Source: Eledone cirrhosa (lineage: Eukaryota). Taken from it: a stretch of DNA of 64,000 nucleotides. The notes under the pieces were generated by a model, which saw only the letters and a list, made by a program, of their open reading frames with translations, had not been told where the DNA came from and did no database searches. The stretch is from the NCBI GenBank assembly GCA_964016885.1, contig OZ024754.1, positions 15,066,001 through 15,130,000 of the forward strand. Reading direction: 5' to 3'. Positions 1-12,580 of the stretch are shown piece after piece. The position numbers and the translations under genes were made by a program. The stretch's first letter is position 1, and each line of letters starts with the position of its first letter.

Positions 1-199
1 AAAATAGAGAATATTAGACTAAATAAATATATCTTACAATTTGTTGTACTTTGTCGCTCGAATTGTAGCATAAATGAACATAGGTAGCAACGGGAAAACT
101 GAAGGAAAGAGTACACAACAAGTCATCATCTATCTACAGAGTCAGAGCATAGAAACATAAGTAATATATACATAGTAAATTCATATATTCATAGTTATG

Positions 200-286
<87 letters not shown>

Positions 287-313
287 AGTGTGTGTGTGTG
301 TTGGTTGTGTGTG

Positions 314-444
314 TGTTTCTGAGGAAGACGGTGGGATTGAGCAGGGATTTCGAGACTAGAAACAGGCAGCGACGTAACCACTACCTGCTTGTCAATATAT
401 CGATGTTCCATGATCAATCAACCCTCTGAAACGATCGTAAAACA
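314..444 (+). ncRNA. Type I hammerhead ribozyme with ~100-nt stem II insertion
   Basis: Stem I TGTTT/AAACA, core CTGAGGA (319), GAAA (428), palindromic stem III ACGATCGT, GUA cleavage triplet. Confidence 0.7.
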
Positions 445-494
445 ATGAACTAATTAACTACCTACTTTTGACTATTGTTTTATTTTCATTGTTC

Positions 495-580
<86 letters not shown>

Positions 581-794
581 CATATATATAACCTGGCGGA
601 GCCCATCTCCTGTCCATCACCGATTCTTTCCTGAGATGCTTGAGAGAGAAGAGAGAGAGAAAGAGATTGAGATTGAGAGAGAGAGAGAGAGATTGAGATT
701 GAGAGAGAGAGAGAGAGAGAGATTGAGAGAGAGAGGGGGAGAGAGAGAGAGTGAGAGAGCGAGAGACAGATAGACAGACAAAAGGAGACAATTG

Positions 795-925
795 ACTATT
801 TTTATCGACTTCTTAAGGATGAAAGGCAAAGTTGATCCCGACAGAATTTGACCTCAGAATGTAAGACGCCAGAAGAAATACCACGCAAAACTTTTCGTCC
901 GATGCTCTCACGATTCTGTCAATCC
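795..925 (-). mobile_element. tRNA-derived SINE fragment (Nin/Deu-like core)
   Basis: Reverse complement of gcctttcatcct...gtcgataaaa core shared with the copies at 14575, 15415, 29893, 62085. Confidence 0.7.
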
Positions 926-1667
926 AACACACTACAGATAACTATAATAAGAGTTGATAATCATAAATAATAGCTGAATAAAATTTCCCATACCTGAAAA
1001 TTCGTCCAGGACTTACTTTTGTAGTGGCCTACATTCCGCGGGCTCACATACATTCTCTGTGCGTGATTTGGCTCAGTTCAGCCAATCAGCGCCAGTAGAA
1101 GAGGATGTATCCCTACGCGCCCTGAGGAAGAAATTCCCCGCGAAGATTTGAAGAATCTCTCTCTTGTACCAGAAACTTCGAGCCAGCAACACGCATAATG
1201 TAACAGTGAGATATTGCACCCCTAGCCTCGCCGACTTAACGGCGCAATGGCACATTCCCTTTTGTAACCTCTTTTTATCTGTAACTTCAACCATATAAAT
1301 AAACATACATTTCATCTCTAATTACTGCTGTTGAAATCATTATTATGTTACTCGTGTCTCAATAACAACTATAATCCATGCTGCTGGAATTGGCGACCTG
1401 ACGAAAGGAATATTGTAAATAGATGGTAAATAGATCGAGGGACCTTCCCTCACGTCTATGTCAACAAGATAATCCAACGAGGATACTATCACTTACCACA
1501 CTGGCAACTAACGACCTTCAATCATCTACCCTGTTAAAGTAACGACCACTGATTCTACCACCCTGCTAAAGTGGCGATAACATCAACAACTAATACTGCT
1601 AAACTTTTTTTTTTAAATGAAGAAAAAATCATTTTCAGACCTGTAGCAAGGTAACTGTAACACTTAC

Positions 1668-1818
1668 CCCACACCAACAAGTAATACCCTATTAAACGTG
1701 TTGGTTGTTTAAAGGTAGCTGTGAGAAGACGATATAGGTAGAAACCTTCGATAAACATGCAGCAGAAGTTGGTGTTACGACAGTACCGTGTGATGAAGTA
1801 CAACAACCGGCAGCCAAC
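1668..1818 (-). CDS. Internal exon of a class B1 (secretin/calcitonin/CRF-like) GPCR, ECL1-TM3-ICL2-TM4
   Basis: VGCRLLYFITRYCRNTNFCCMFIEGFYLYRLLTATF...YYLLVW-G matches class B C...Y...N..WM..EG.YL..L motif; polypyrimidine tract + cctacag acceptor (1819-1820), GTAAG donor (1663-1667); 151 nt, phase 0 to phase 1 ending in W|G. Confidence 0.85.
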
Positions 1819-2159
1819 CTGTAGGCAAAAAAGAAATAGGGGAAACAAATATAAAAAATATATATGAAAAATTAATAAATATCCAGAACATAAACATACA
1901 CACACACTCAACTACGCCATATACTAAAAAGTACGTAGACGTATACTTTCTCACATAAGCGTATTTGCGTCTACATAGAAATACGAACAGGAACATAAAT
2001 ACATACACATACATATACGCAGATATATATCCACTCAAATGTGTACGCACAAATACACACGGACACATATAAAAAGGAGGGTGTACACATATTTAAACAT
2101 GGAAGCACACAAACACAAAAACAAAAAAGCTCTATACATACGCGCACGTGTATATAGAC

Positions 2160-2163
2160 ATAC

Positions 2164-2223
<60 letters not shown>

Positions 2224-2444
2224 TACACATACATACCCATATATACAAGCATACACACACACATACACATATACATATATATATATATATACACACACAT
2301 ACACACACACATATATATATATATGTATATATATATTATATATATATACACACACATACACACACATATATATATATGTATATATATATTATATATATAT
2401 ACACACACATACACACACACATATATATATATGTATATATATAT

Positions 2445-2476
<32 letters not shown>

Positions 2477-2927
2477 TATATATATATGTATATATATATT
2501 ATATATATATACACACACATACACACACACACATATATATATATATGTATATATATATTATATATATATAGACACATACACACACACATATATATGTATA
2601 TATATATTATATATATATACACACACATACACACACACATATATATGTATATATATGTTATATATATATACACACACATACACACACACATATATATATG
2701 TATATATATTATATATATATATATACACACACATACACACACATATATATATGTATATATATATATATATATACACACACATGCACACACACATATATAT
2801 ATATATATATGTATATATATATTATATATATATACACACACATACACACACACACACATATATATGTATATATATATTATATATATATACACACACATAC
2901 ACACACACACATATATATATATATATA
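2160..2927. repeat. Compound (TA)n/(CA)n microsatellite with higher-order units
   Basis: Recurrent tatatatacacacacatacacacacatatatatatgtatatatatat blocks. Confidence 0.95.
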
Positions 2928-3111
2928 ACGAAGGAAATGTGGTAAGGAACCAGGTGGACCATAACGCACCAAAGTACTCAATACTTTGGGTAGTAGAGTG
3001 GGTAATAGGAAAAAGTAAGACCCCGACGGCTGAGCTCAAGCCGTTTCGACGGCTAATTCTGGAATTAGCCGTCGAAACGGCTTGAGCTCAGCCGTCGGGG
3101 TCTTACTTTTT

Positions 3112-3114
<3 letters not shown>
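2928..3114. mobile_element. Short fold-back (head-to-head) PLE-derived element in (TA)n; family A
   Basis: ~54-bp perfect inverted arms (3006-3059/3062-3114) plus one-sided extension; same family at 24223-24417 and 49315-49553. Confidence 0.75.
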
Positions 3115-3155
<41 letters not shown>

Positions 3156-3541
3156 AATATGACAATAATGGAGCTGCGGCGCTGCAAATGGGTTACATAT
3201 GAAAAAGTTTGTCCTCATCAGTGGCCATCCAACCGTCGAAGGCATTTCGTCGCATTAAAAGCCATATACCTCAGGTTGGTGCGAGCAACGGCTAAAAAAA
3301 AGTCGTTGGGACACGTAAATAAAGGGGACGCTAGGGTAAACAAACAAAAATGGTTTAAGCAGCAGAAAGTGATGAAGAAGGAAACAAGTCCCAGATTTCT
3401 ATGAATATAAATTCGGTGGAATCGTGAATGAGAGAATAAAGACCATCAAATCTGGTTGAAATGTGAGCAAGGAAGGAATTTCGCACAGGTCTAACGGGAG
3501 GAAGAAGGGGTCTGGTCTGCGAATTCGGTAAACATAAGTTC

Positions 3542-3579
<38 letters not shown>

Positions 3580-3695
3580 CAACAGTGACATAAATAGGTA
3601 CTTATGTTTCGTTGGGTTCTGGACTCCAACTCATTCTGCCTGTCAGACTGAGTGCTCTTATCCTTGGATATTTCTACCAAACCTTTACTACAGTA

Positions 3696-3785
<90 letters not shown>

Positions 3786-4072
3786 GTGTGTGTGTGTGTG
3801 TGTGCGTGTGTGTGCGTGTGCGCGCGTGTGTGTGCGTGTCTGTGTGTGTGTGCGCGCCTGTGTGTGTGTGTGTGCGTGTATGTGTGTGTGTGTGTGTTTG
3901 TGTGTGTGTGTCTGTGTGTGCGTGTGTGTGTGTGCGTGTGTGTGTGTGCGTGCGTGTATGTGTGTGTGTGTGTGTGTTTGTGTGTGTAAAAGGTAAACAG
4001 AAATAACAACACAATCGGTACAGTATCTGGAAGGAATATATTAGTTTAACGCTTGAAATAGCAGGAAGAGGG

Positions 4073-4108
4073 TCTTAACGTTTCGGACGCTAGTCCTTCA
4101 TCAGAAGA
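4073..4108 (-). ncRNA. Minimal type I hammerhead ribozyme
   Basis: Minus strand TCTT-CTGATGA-A-GGAC-tagc-GTCC-GAAACGTT-AAGA. Confidence 0.7.
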
Positions 4109-4209
4109 AAGAATGAGAAATAAGATAGATTGAAGGGAAGGGAGGGGTGGGGTGGAATTGGAAAAAATGTCTTTAGATAAAAATAACCGGTCCATTCACG
4201 TTGACATAT

Positions 4210-4549
4210 TAAGGCCCCACTCGGTCACGAATGACCCTGGGTTTTGCACCTCGAAAGTTTCCCTCTGAGGCACAAGCCGGGGCAAGGTTTGTTTTGTGGA
4301 AGACTAGCAGTCGCCCATGCATACCAGTCTCCCCTCTCCACGCCACCGATATTGTCCAAGGGAAAGGCAATGGCCGATACAGCTTGACAGCAGTGGCGTC
4401 GCAACTCATTTCTACAGCTGAGTAAACTGGAGCAACGTGAAATAAAGTGTCTTGCTCAAGGACACAACGCATCACCCGGTCTGAGAATAGAACTCACAAC
4501 CTCTCAATTGCAAGCCCAATGCTCTAACCACTAATCCATGCGCCTTCAC
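4210..4549 (-). mobile_element. tRNA-derived SINE (second family)
   Basis: Minus strand has A-box-like tagtggttag, degenerate B box, tgtccttgagcaagacact core; partial copy at 61376-61468. Confidence 0.75.
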
Positions 4550-4932
4550 TCGTTGATACATATATATATATATATATATATATAAAGACACTAGTTCAAT
4601 ATTCTTTGTCTGGCTTTCTAGAGAATAGAGGAAAGGTGTTTCCTCAAAAAACCAGTATGACTCTAAAAACCGGTTTGTCTGTGTGTTTACATACAGAATA
4701 GCTGGATACTCACAGTAAAGTAACCAGTGAAAGACTTGGTACATCTACATATGTATACGTGTGTGTATTCATATGCATACTAGTATTTCAGTATGCATAT
4801 GTAGATGTACATTTTTAACTTAATTGTTTAAGCGTCAGTCATACAAAAGTGAGTTACAAACGAAACGAAATTTAATTTCGTTTCGTTATTTGTTTTTATC
4901 GTCTCCGTTGAACCGGTACGTACTCACACTCT

Positions 4933-4980
4933 ATGCAAATTAGTCTGCCCACTACTAATTTTCATAGAAAAAGCATATAA
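4933..4980 (+). promoter_or_regulatory. Putative snRNA-type promoter cassette: octamer ATGCAAAT, TAATTTTCATA element, TATA
   Basis: Motifs and spacing conserved in the diverged family at 18945-18992 (-), just upstream of the HHR in both. Confidence 0.4.
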
Positions 4981-5025
4981 CGATATGTGCTTTTACGATT
5001 CTCCAGAAAGGCCGGTAGATAGGTA

Positions 5026-5070
5026 AATATTGCTGATGAGTTGTAACAACAACGAAACTAGTTCAATATT
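5026..5070 (+). ncRNA. Type I hammerhead ribozyme
   Basis: Stem I AATATTG/CAATATT, CTGATGA, stem II GTTG/CAAC, GAAA, palindromic ACTAGT, GUU. Confidence 0.8.
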
Positions 5071-5514
5071 CCTTGTCTGGCTTTCTGGAGAATAGAGGAA
5101 AGGTGTTTCCTCAAAAAACCAGTATGACTCTAAAAACCGGTTTGTCTGTGTGTTTACATACAGAATAGCTGGATACTCACAGTAAAGTAACCAGTGAAAG
5201 ACTTGGTACATCTACATATGTATACGTGTGTGTATTCATATGCATACTAGTATTTCAGTATGCATATGTAGATGTACATTTTTAACTTAATTGTTTAAGC
5301 GTCAGTCATAAAAAAGTGAGTTACAAACGAAACGAAATTTAATTTCGTTTCGTTATTTGTTTTTATATAAAGACACTTTAGTAAAAAAGACACTTTAGCT
5401 TCTGATGGAGTCGTAGAAGCGCTTTTCTGACACGCACCGTGTTTTGTCTCAGGGCATTTTAAACCTAGCGAAGCCCATCCCTCTGCATGTCTGAATGCAG
5501 CTGGTTTCTTCCAG

Positions 5515-5855
5515 AGACAGAGAGAGAGGGGGGGACAGGCAGAGAAAGAGAAAGAGAGAGAGGGGGGACAGACAAAGACAGAGAAAGAGAGAGAGAGGGG
5601 GGAGAGGCAGACAGACAGAGACAGAGAAAGAGAGAGAGGGGGGACAGACAAAGACAGAGAAAGAGAGAGAGAGGGGGGAGAGGCAGACAGACAGAGACAG
5701 AGAAAGAGAGAGAGGGGGGACAGACAAAGACAGAGAAAGAGAGAGAGAGGGGGGAGAGGCAGACAGACAGAGACAGAGAAAGAGAGAGAGAAAGAGAGAG
5801 AGAGTGGGTGGGAGAGAGAGGCAGACAGACAGAGAAAGATAAAGAGAGAGAGAAA
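5515..5855. repeat. AG/GACA-rich compound tandem repeat
   Basis: Repeating gagagagggggacagacaaagacagagaaa units. Confidence 0.9.
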
Positions 5856-5989
5856 GAATCGTCTCCCGGTAGCAGACAGCTATTTTATTTATCAACGTTG
5901 AAAGGATGAAAGGTAAAGTTGACCTGGACGAGATTTGAACTGAGAGGGCAATGAACTGGGATACATACAGCGACACAAAGGCACACACG

Positions 5990-5992
5990 ACA

Positions 5993-6040
<48 letters not shown>

Positions 6041-7675
6041 GTGACATTAATAAAACAACACCAGTAAAGACAACAACAACAATAGCAGTAACAACAGAAC
6101 AACATCATCAACAACAACAGCAACAGTATTAGCAGCAATAATAGAAACAAGAACAACAGCACCAACAACAACAGCCGCAGCAATAACAACAACAACAACA
6201 ACAACAGCCACAGCAATAACAAGAACAATAACAACAGCCACAGCAATAACAACAGCAACAACTACAACAAGCCGCAGCAATAACAAGAACAACAACAACA
6301 GCCACAGCAATAACAACAACAACAACTACAACAAGCCGCAGCAATAACAAGAACAACAACAACAGCCACAGCAATAACAACAGCAACAACTACAACAAGC
6401 CGCAGCAATAACAAGAACAACAACAACAGCCACAGCAATAACAACAACAACAACTACAACAAGCCGCAGCAATAACAAGAACAACAACAACAGCCACAGC
6501 AATAACAACAGCAACAACTACAACAAGCCGCAGCAATAACAAGAACAACAACAACAGCAGCCACAGCAATAACAACAACAACAACTACAACAAGCCGCAG
6601 CAATAACAAGAACAACAACAACAGCCACAGCAATACAACAGCAACAACTACAAGCCGCAGCAATAACAACAACAACAGCCACAGCAATAACAAGAACAAG
6701 AACAACAACAGCCACAGCAATAACAACAGCAACAACTACAACAAGCCGCAGCAATAACAAGAACAACAACAACAGCCACAGCAATAACAAGAACAACAAC
6801 TACAACAAGCCGCAGCAATAACAAGAACAACAACAACAGCCACAGCAATACAACAGCAACAACTACAAGCCGCAGCAATAACAACAACAACAGCCACAGC
6901 AATAACAAGAACAAGAACAACAACAGCCACAGCAATAACAACAGCAACAACTACAACAAGCCGCAGCAATAACAAGAACAACAACAACAGCCACAGCAAT
7001 AACAAGAACAACAACAACAGCCACAGCAATAACAACAACAACAACAACAGCCACAGCAATAACAACAGCAACAACTACAACAAGCCGCAGCAATAACAAC
7101 AACAACAACAACAGCCACAGCAATAACAAGAACAAGAACAACAGCCACAGCAATACAACAGCAACAACTACAAGCCGCAGCAATAACAACAACAACAACA
7201 ACAGCCACAGCAATAACAAGAACAAGAACAACAGCCACAGCAATACAACAGCAACAACTACAAGCCGCAGCAATAACAACAACAGCCACAGCAATAACAA
7301 CAGCAACAACTACAACAAGCCGCAGCAATAACAACAACAACAACAACAGCCACAGCAATAACAACAGCAACAACAACAGCCGCAGCAATAACAACAGCAA
7401 CAACTACAACAAGCCGCAGCAATAACAACAACAGCAACAGCCACAGCAACAACAATAACAACAACAACAGCCGCAGCAATAACAACAACAACAGCCACAG
7501 CAATAACAACAGCAACAACAACAGCCACAGCAATAACAACAACAACAGCCGCAGCAATAACAACAACAACAGCCGCAGCAATAACAACAGCAACAACTAC
7601 AACAACAACAACTACAACAAGCCGCAGCATCAACAACAATAACAACAACAACAGCAACAACAACTACAACAACAA
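5990..7675. repeat. CAA/CAG-derived minisatellite with ~64-bp higher-order unit
   Basis: Recurrent aagccgcagcaataacaagaacaacaacaacagccacagcaataac...actacaac units. Confidence 0.95.
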
Positions 7676-8017
7676 GAAAACATTCAAACAAACTGCTTGT
7701 CAAAATGAACAAAGCAGGGGAAAAGTTAGTTTCTCTTACGTCAACTTTATTAACAAAAAACAATTTCGGACATAAATCAACTGATACTGATGTTATCTGC
7801 TGGATAAAGTTTAGGAACCAAAAACCGAGTCTCCATATAGTTTTCTTTTATAATTCAATAACGAGTGAAGAAGACTGTTACTTATTTATGTAAGTCCATA
7901 AGACAGCTACCCAAAATACCCCAAAATAACAATTAGAGGCCAGCTTAACTGACGTGAAAATGTAAGATCTGCAACAAGCTATATAAGCTGTTAACTTATT
8001 TTGGAGAAAAGACGGTT

Positions 8018-8070
<53 letters not shown>

Positions 8071-8071
<1 letters not shown>

Positions 8072-8247
8072 TAGAAAGTGAGGTTGTTTTTACAAAATGA
8101 AAAATAACCGAGGTGTCCTACACGAGTGAAAGTATAAAGAAAAAGAGATGAAATCGAAAATGCAACTGGAGTCTTATTTTTTTTTTAAATATATATATTT
8201 AAAAAAAAAATAACACACCAGTTGCATTTTCGATTTCATCTCTTTTT

Positions 8248-8253
<6 letters not shown>
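8071..8253. mobile_element. Short fold-back element in (TA)n; family B
   Basis: Inverted arms ~8133-8190/8191-8253; reverse-complement copy at ~17830-17955. Confidence 0.65.
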
Positions 8254-8330
<77 letters not shown>

Positions 8331-8520
8331 GGAGGTGAGTTTTATTGTAGCACAATAAAGCAATGTAAATATCAGATAAGTAGCACTCAACATTTTATAG
8401 GACTGGAGTATAAATAATATAAAATCAAAAGATGGTTAAAAGAGTTCCATGTATTTTATTATATATATTTAACACTTCACTGCTCGCATGTGTTTTTTAA
8501 GCTTCATATCATGTCTCCCT

Positions 8521-8589
8521 ATTTTATCTGATGAGAACGCAAATATCATCCCATGATGATATTTGTTTTTGAAATGCGCATAATAAAAT
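8521..8589 (+). ncRNA. Type I hammerhead ribozyme within a fold-back element (8330-8640)
   Basis: Stem I ATTTTAT/ATAAAAT, CTGATGA, long stem II hairpin, GAAA, palindromic ATGCGCAT, AUA; flanked by inverted arms 8410-8460/8582-8630. Confidence 0.8.
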
Positions 8590-8640
8590 ACATGGAACTC
8601 TTTTAACCATCTTTTGATTTTATATTTTATATTATATATT

Positions 8641-8675
<35 letters not shown>

Positions 8676-8679
<4 letters not shown>

Positions 8680-8893
8680 TAAACGGAATAGAAAATGCTG
8701 ACAAACAGCACGGACACTCTATCTCAAAATTATTTTTGAAAAGCATTTAGAAATGCGCAACCGGTAAAAACTTAAAAACTTAAAACCACAACTGAATACT
8801 AACCCATACAATCACTAATACTCTTTTATTCCTAATTAAACCATTTTTCAACTGTGAACAATTTGTCAGCATTTTCTATTCCGTTTACCAATA
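8676..8893. mobile_element. Short fold-back element in (TA)n; family C
   Basis: Terminal inverted arms ttggtaaacggaatagaaaatgctgacaaa; same family at 27415-27651. Confidence 0.65.
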
Positions 8894-8926
8894 TATAATA
8901 ACTTGTGTGTTACACCTCTATTCTTT

Positions 8927-9009
<83 letters not shown>

Positions 9010-9017
9010 CTTCCCAT

Positions 9018-9080
<63 letters not shown>

Positions 9081-9082
<2 letters not shown>

Positions 9083-10380
9083 CCTCTTGGTTGTCCATCG
9101 TAAACGACGATGACATCTTCTTTATTTTAGTTCCCGTCTGCCGTGGGCACGACGGTGGCTGTGGAGGCCGATCCTTGTCTTGCAGGTCCGGGGACAGTGG
9201 GGGGCAGGGGAAGAGACCGGAGTCGCTTGGGGCAGCTGTTGATGCCTTTCTCCTCCTTTCACGGGCCTCAGTGACCTCTGCCCGTCTCTTCTCTTCAAAA
9301 GAGTCTTTGGCGCGTCTGGTAAGGGCTCGTCACCCAGTCCTGTCCTGAGTATGGGACTCAAGTTGTTTTGGCGCGATTCCTGTGTTGTTGATACTGGACT
9401 TCACGCAGTCTTTGAGCCTCTTGAGTGGCCTGCCCCGCTTTCGTTTCCCCGAACAGAGTTCCCCAAACATCAGTTGCTTCGGAAGCCTGTGATCGTCCAT
9501 CCGGATGACATGTCCCACCCATCGAAGTCGGCTCTTCAGTATCATAGCTTCGACACTGGTTGTCTCAGCTATGTCAAGAACTTCGATGTTGGAGACCTTG
9601 TCCTGCCATTTGATGTTGATGATTGACTGCAGGCTGCGCATGTGGAACCGTTCCAGCTGCTTCAGGTGCCTTCTGTACAGGTACCATGTCTCACATCCGT
9701 AGAGGAGGCTCGTGAGAACAACGGCCCTGTACACCTTGAACTTGGTGGACTGCCTGATGTGCTGGTTCAGGACGCGTGTCCTCAGGCGGCCGAGGGCTTG
9801 ACTGGCCTTGCAGATTCTGGCGTTTATCTCCTTGTCGAGGCTTCCATCGCTGCTGATGACACTGCCGAGGTACTTGAAGTCGTCCACCGTCTTTAGATGG
9901 GTGCCTCCGATGGAGATGGAAATAGGGTGGGCGACGGAGGCAGGTGCAGGCTGGAACAGGACCTGTCTTGCCAAGGCTAATTGTGAGACGGAAGAGGCAG
10001 GAGACCTCCGCGAACTTGTTCCGTGCCCTAGCACTCCACACCGCTTGCTGTCGCCACCTTCGTGACTGTTAGGACGATGTTGTCCTCCTCCACTCACTCC
10101 GCCGGGTCCAGTCTTCGCATGCAGGGGCAGGAATCCCCTATCTAACTCACGGGGGGGGGGGGGATTCAGACCCGTCCGGCTACCCTCAACATGGTTCGAC
10201 CCGCCAGCCAAGGCGGTTTACCAGGGTGTGGTCGCTGTCGGATGCTACAGCTTCTTGGGACCACAGGTGAGAGCTGAGTGTCAGGTGGGACCCAATGCAG
10301 GACGAGCTGTCCTGAAAAGGGTATGGCTAGCCCCCCCCCCCCCCTACAGAGGTACATGCCCCTCCCTGACACCCCAGGCA
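9081..10380 (-). mobile_element. RTE-clade LINE, internally deleted (5' UTR joined to C-terminal RT/3' end)
   Basis: ORF 9330-10211: FKYLGSVIS...EINARI.KAS.A.GRL...LLYGCETW...RLRWVGHVIRM...R.RGRP; 3' end catcgtc...cgatggac followed by (TG)n. Confidence 0.9.
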
Positions 10381-10533
10381 TATACACACGTATATACACA
10401 CACATACATATGTACATGTGTATATACATATTTACACATACACACATATGTTTTTTCCTGCACCATCTTGTTTTTGATACAAAAACAAGATGGTGTAGGA
10501 CAGAAGAAAGGAGCGACACAAAATAATAACCCA

Positions 10534-10576
10534 GTCACTGAGGAGGTCACAGAATGCGTGACGAAAGAGCTTTGAC
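10534..10576 (+). ncRNA. Type I hammerhead ribozyme
   Basis: Stem I GTCA/TGAC, CTGAGGA, stem II GTCAC/GTGAC, GAAA. Confidence 0.65.
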
Positions 10577-10715
10577 AATATATAAACAATCATCCGGTTA
10601 TCGAACCAACCAGCCAACCAACCGGAAATTTATAATATATTGAAGTGAAAACCAACAGGTGCATGTGTTTTTATTGCCAGAATGACCCTCCCAACGTATA
10701 GCAATATCTGTTTCA

Positions 10716-11186
<471 letters not shown>

Positions 11187-11198
11187 ATATATATATAA

Positions 11199-11229
<31 letters not shown>

Positions 11230-12180
11230 AGAATGAACAGTGGCAGAAACGAAGAAAAAGTTTCTTTGAGAAAAAAAACAACAACAAAAAAACATGTCTA
11301 TTCGTATGTATATGTGTTTATATTTAAATACCGAATGAAAACAAATCTGTTGAAATAAACATGCTGATGGTGATGACGGCGCTTTATGATACTGAAATAT
11401 GTCCACAAATATTCTGACATTATGACAATATTGTTTGTACCATGTTTAGTTGTTGTTTATTGTGGTGTTCTTAAGAGGATAAAATGATAAATTATATCAA
11501 CGATAACTGGTCAGCAAGAAAGCTATTTATCACTCAAACATTTATGCTGACTATCAGAATATAACAAATATAATAAAATAGTTTGTTTTATTTCTATTCT
11601 TCTGATTTACCCCAGAGTATAATTTGGCACCTTCCACACAATTTGAATGAACTGTTCTAACAAAGCAAACAAAACAGTAAATTTTGAAATAAACTTTAAG
11701 AGATTATACGTTCATAGCCAAGCGTAACAAAATTTAAAAAAATAAAAGCGCACGATCTTTCCCAGTTCTCAGCCATGTGTATGTTTTCTACTCTGTCCAT
11801 TCTTTGATATTGTTCGGTCATCCCGCATCAGAATCTCAGTATCCCTGTACTATCAGGGTTGCCGCGCACGACCATATCTACTAGAGGTAGGTTGTCATTG
11901 TGTCATGGGAGATGATGATTTCTAATTTGAAGCACAAAGCCAGCAAATTGGAGATAGGAAAGACGATTAAATCACCCCAAACATTTAACTAGTACTTTAT
12001 ATTATCGACTCCCGAAGGATGAAAGGCAAAATTTGACCATGTTGTGATATCAACTCAGAATGTAAAACTCCGAAACGCTTCATGTTCAGCCATTTAATTA
12101 TTAAAAACAAAAATAGCTTTATATTTCGCAGTATTCTCAAGAATTTCTATCCTAACACTATCGTTAGTTCGATGTTTTAT

Positions 12181-12580
12181 TTATAATCTGAAGCTTAACA
12201 TTTCATTGCGATGGCTTTTCTTTCTTCTCACTTTCTTTCTCACTTTTCTTCCTCTATATCTCTTTTTCACTTCCATTCTCACTTTTCTTCCTCTATATCT
12301 CTTTTTCACTTCCATTCTCTCTTTATTTATATAATCTGAAGCTTAACATTTCATTGCGATGGCTTTTCTTTCTTCTCACTTTCTTTCTCACTTTTCTTCC
12401 TCTATATCTCTTTTTCACTTCCATTCTCACTTTTCTTCCTCTATATCTCTTTTTCACTTCCATTCTCTCTTTATTTATATAATCTGAAGCTTAACATTTC
12501 ATTGCGATGGCTTTTCTTTCTTCTCACTTTCTTTCTCACTTTTCTTCCTCTATATCTCTTTTTCACTTCCATTCTCTCAC
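12181..12580. repeat. ~148-bp pyrimidine-rich tandem repeat (~2.7 copies)
   Basis: tataatctgaagcttaacatttcattgcgatggc recurs at ~12182, 12330, 12478. Confidence 0.9.

Larger units (their letters stand above)
4590..5366 (+). mobile_element. Retrozyme-like tandem repeat (467-bp unit, ~1.7 copies) with HHR
   Basis: 4590-4899 repeats at 5057-5366; HHR spans the unit junction; homologous to array at 18623-19973. Confidence 0.7.

Noticed and set aside
990-1320. Possible next GPCR exon (GTAAG donor-like site near 1011-1015 on -)
   Set aside because: No class B TM4-TM5 similarity in the frames I read
2039-3085. Long YI/HT/CV-repeat ORFs here and at 16056-16768, 17926-18789 and elsewhere
   Set aside because: Translations of (TA)n/(CA)n microsatellites with no coding signal
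5449-7763. Poly-Leu/Val/Cys ORFs resembling membrane or metallothionein-like proteins
   Set aside because: Frame-shifting CAA/CAG minisatellite
11320-11890. Non-repetitive stretches as candidate TM1-TM2 exons
   Set aside because: No recognisable motif; stops interrupt the hydrophobic frame
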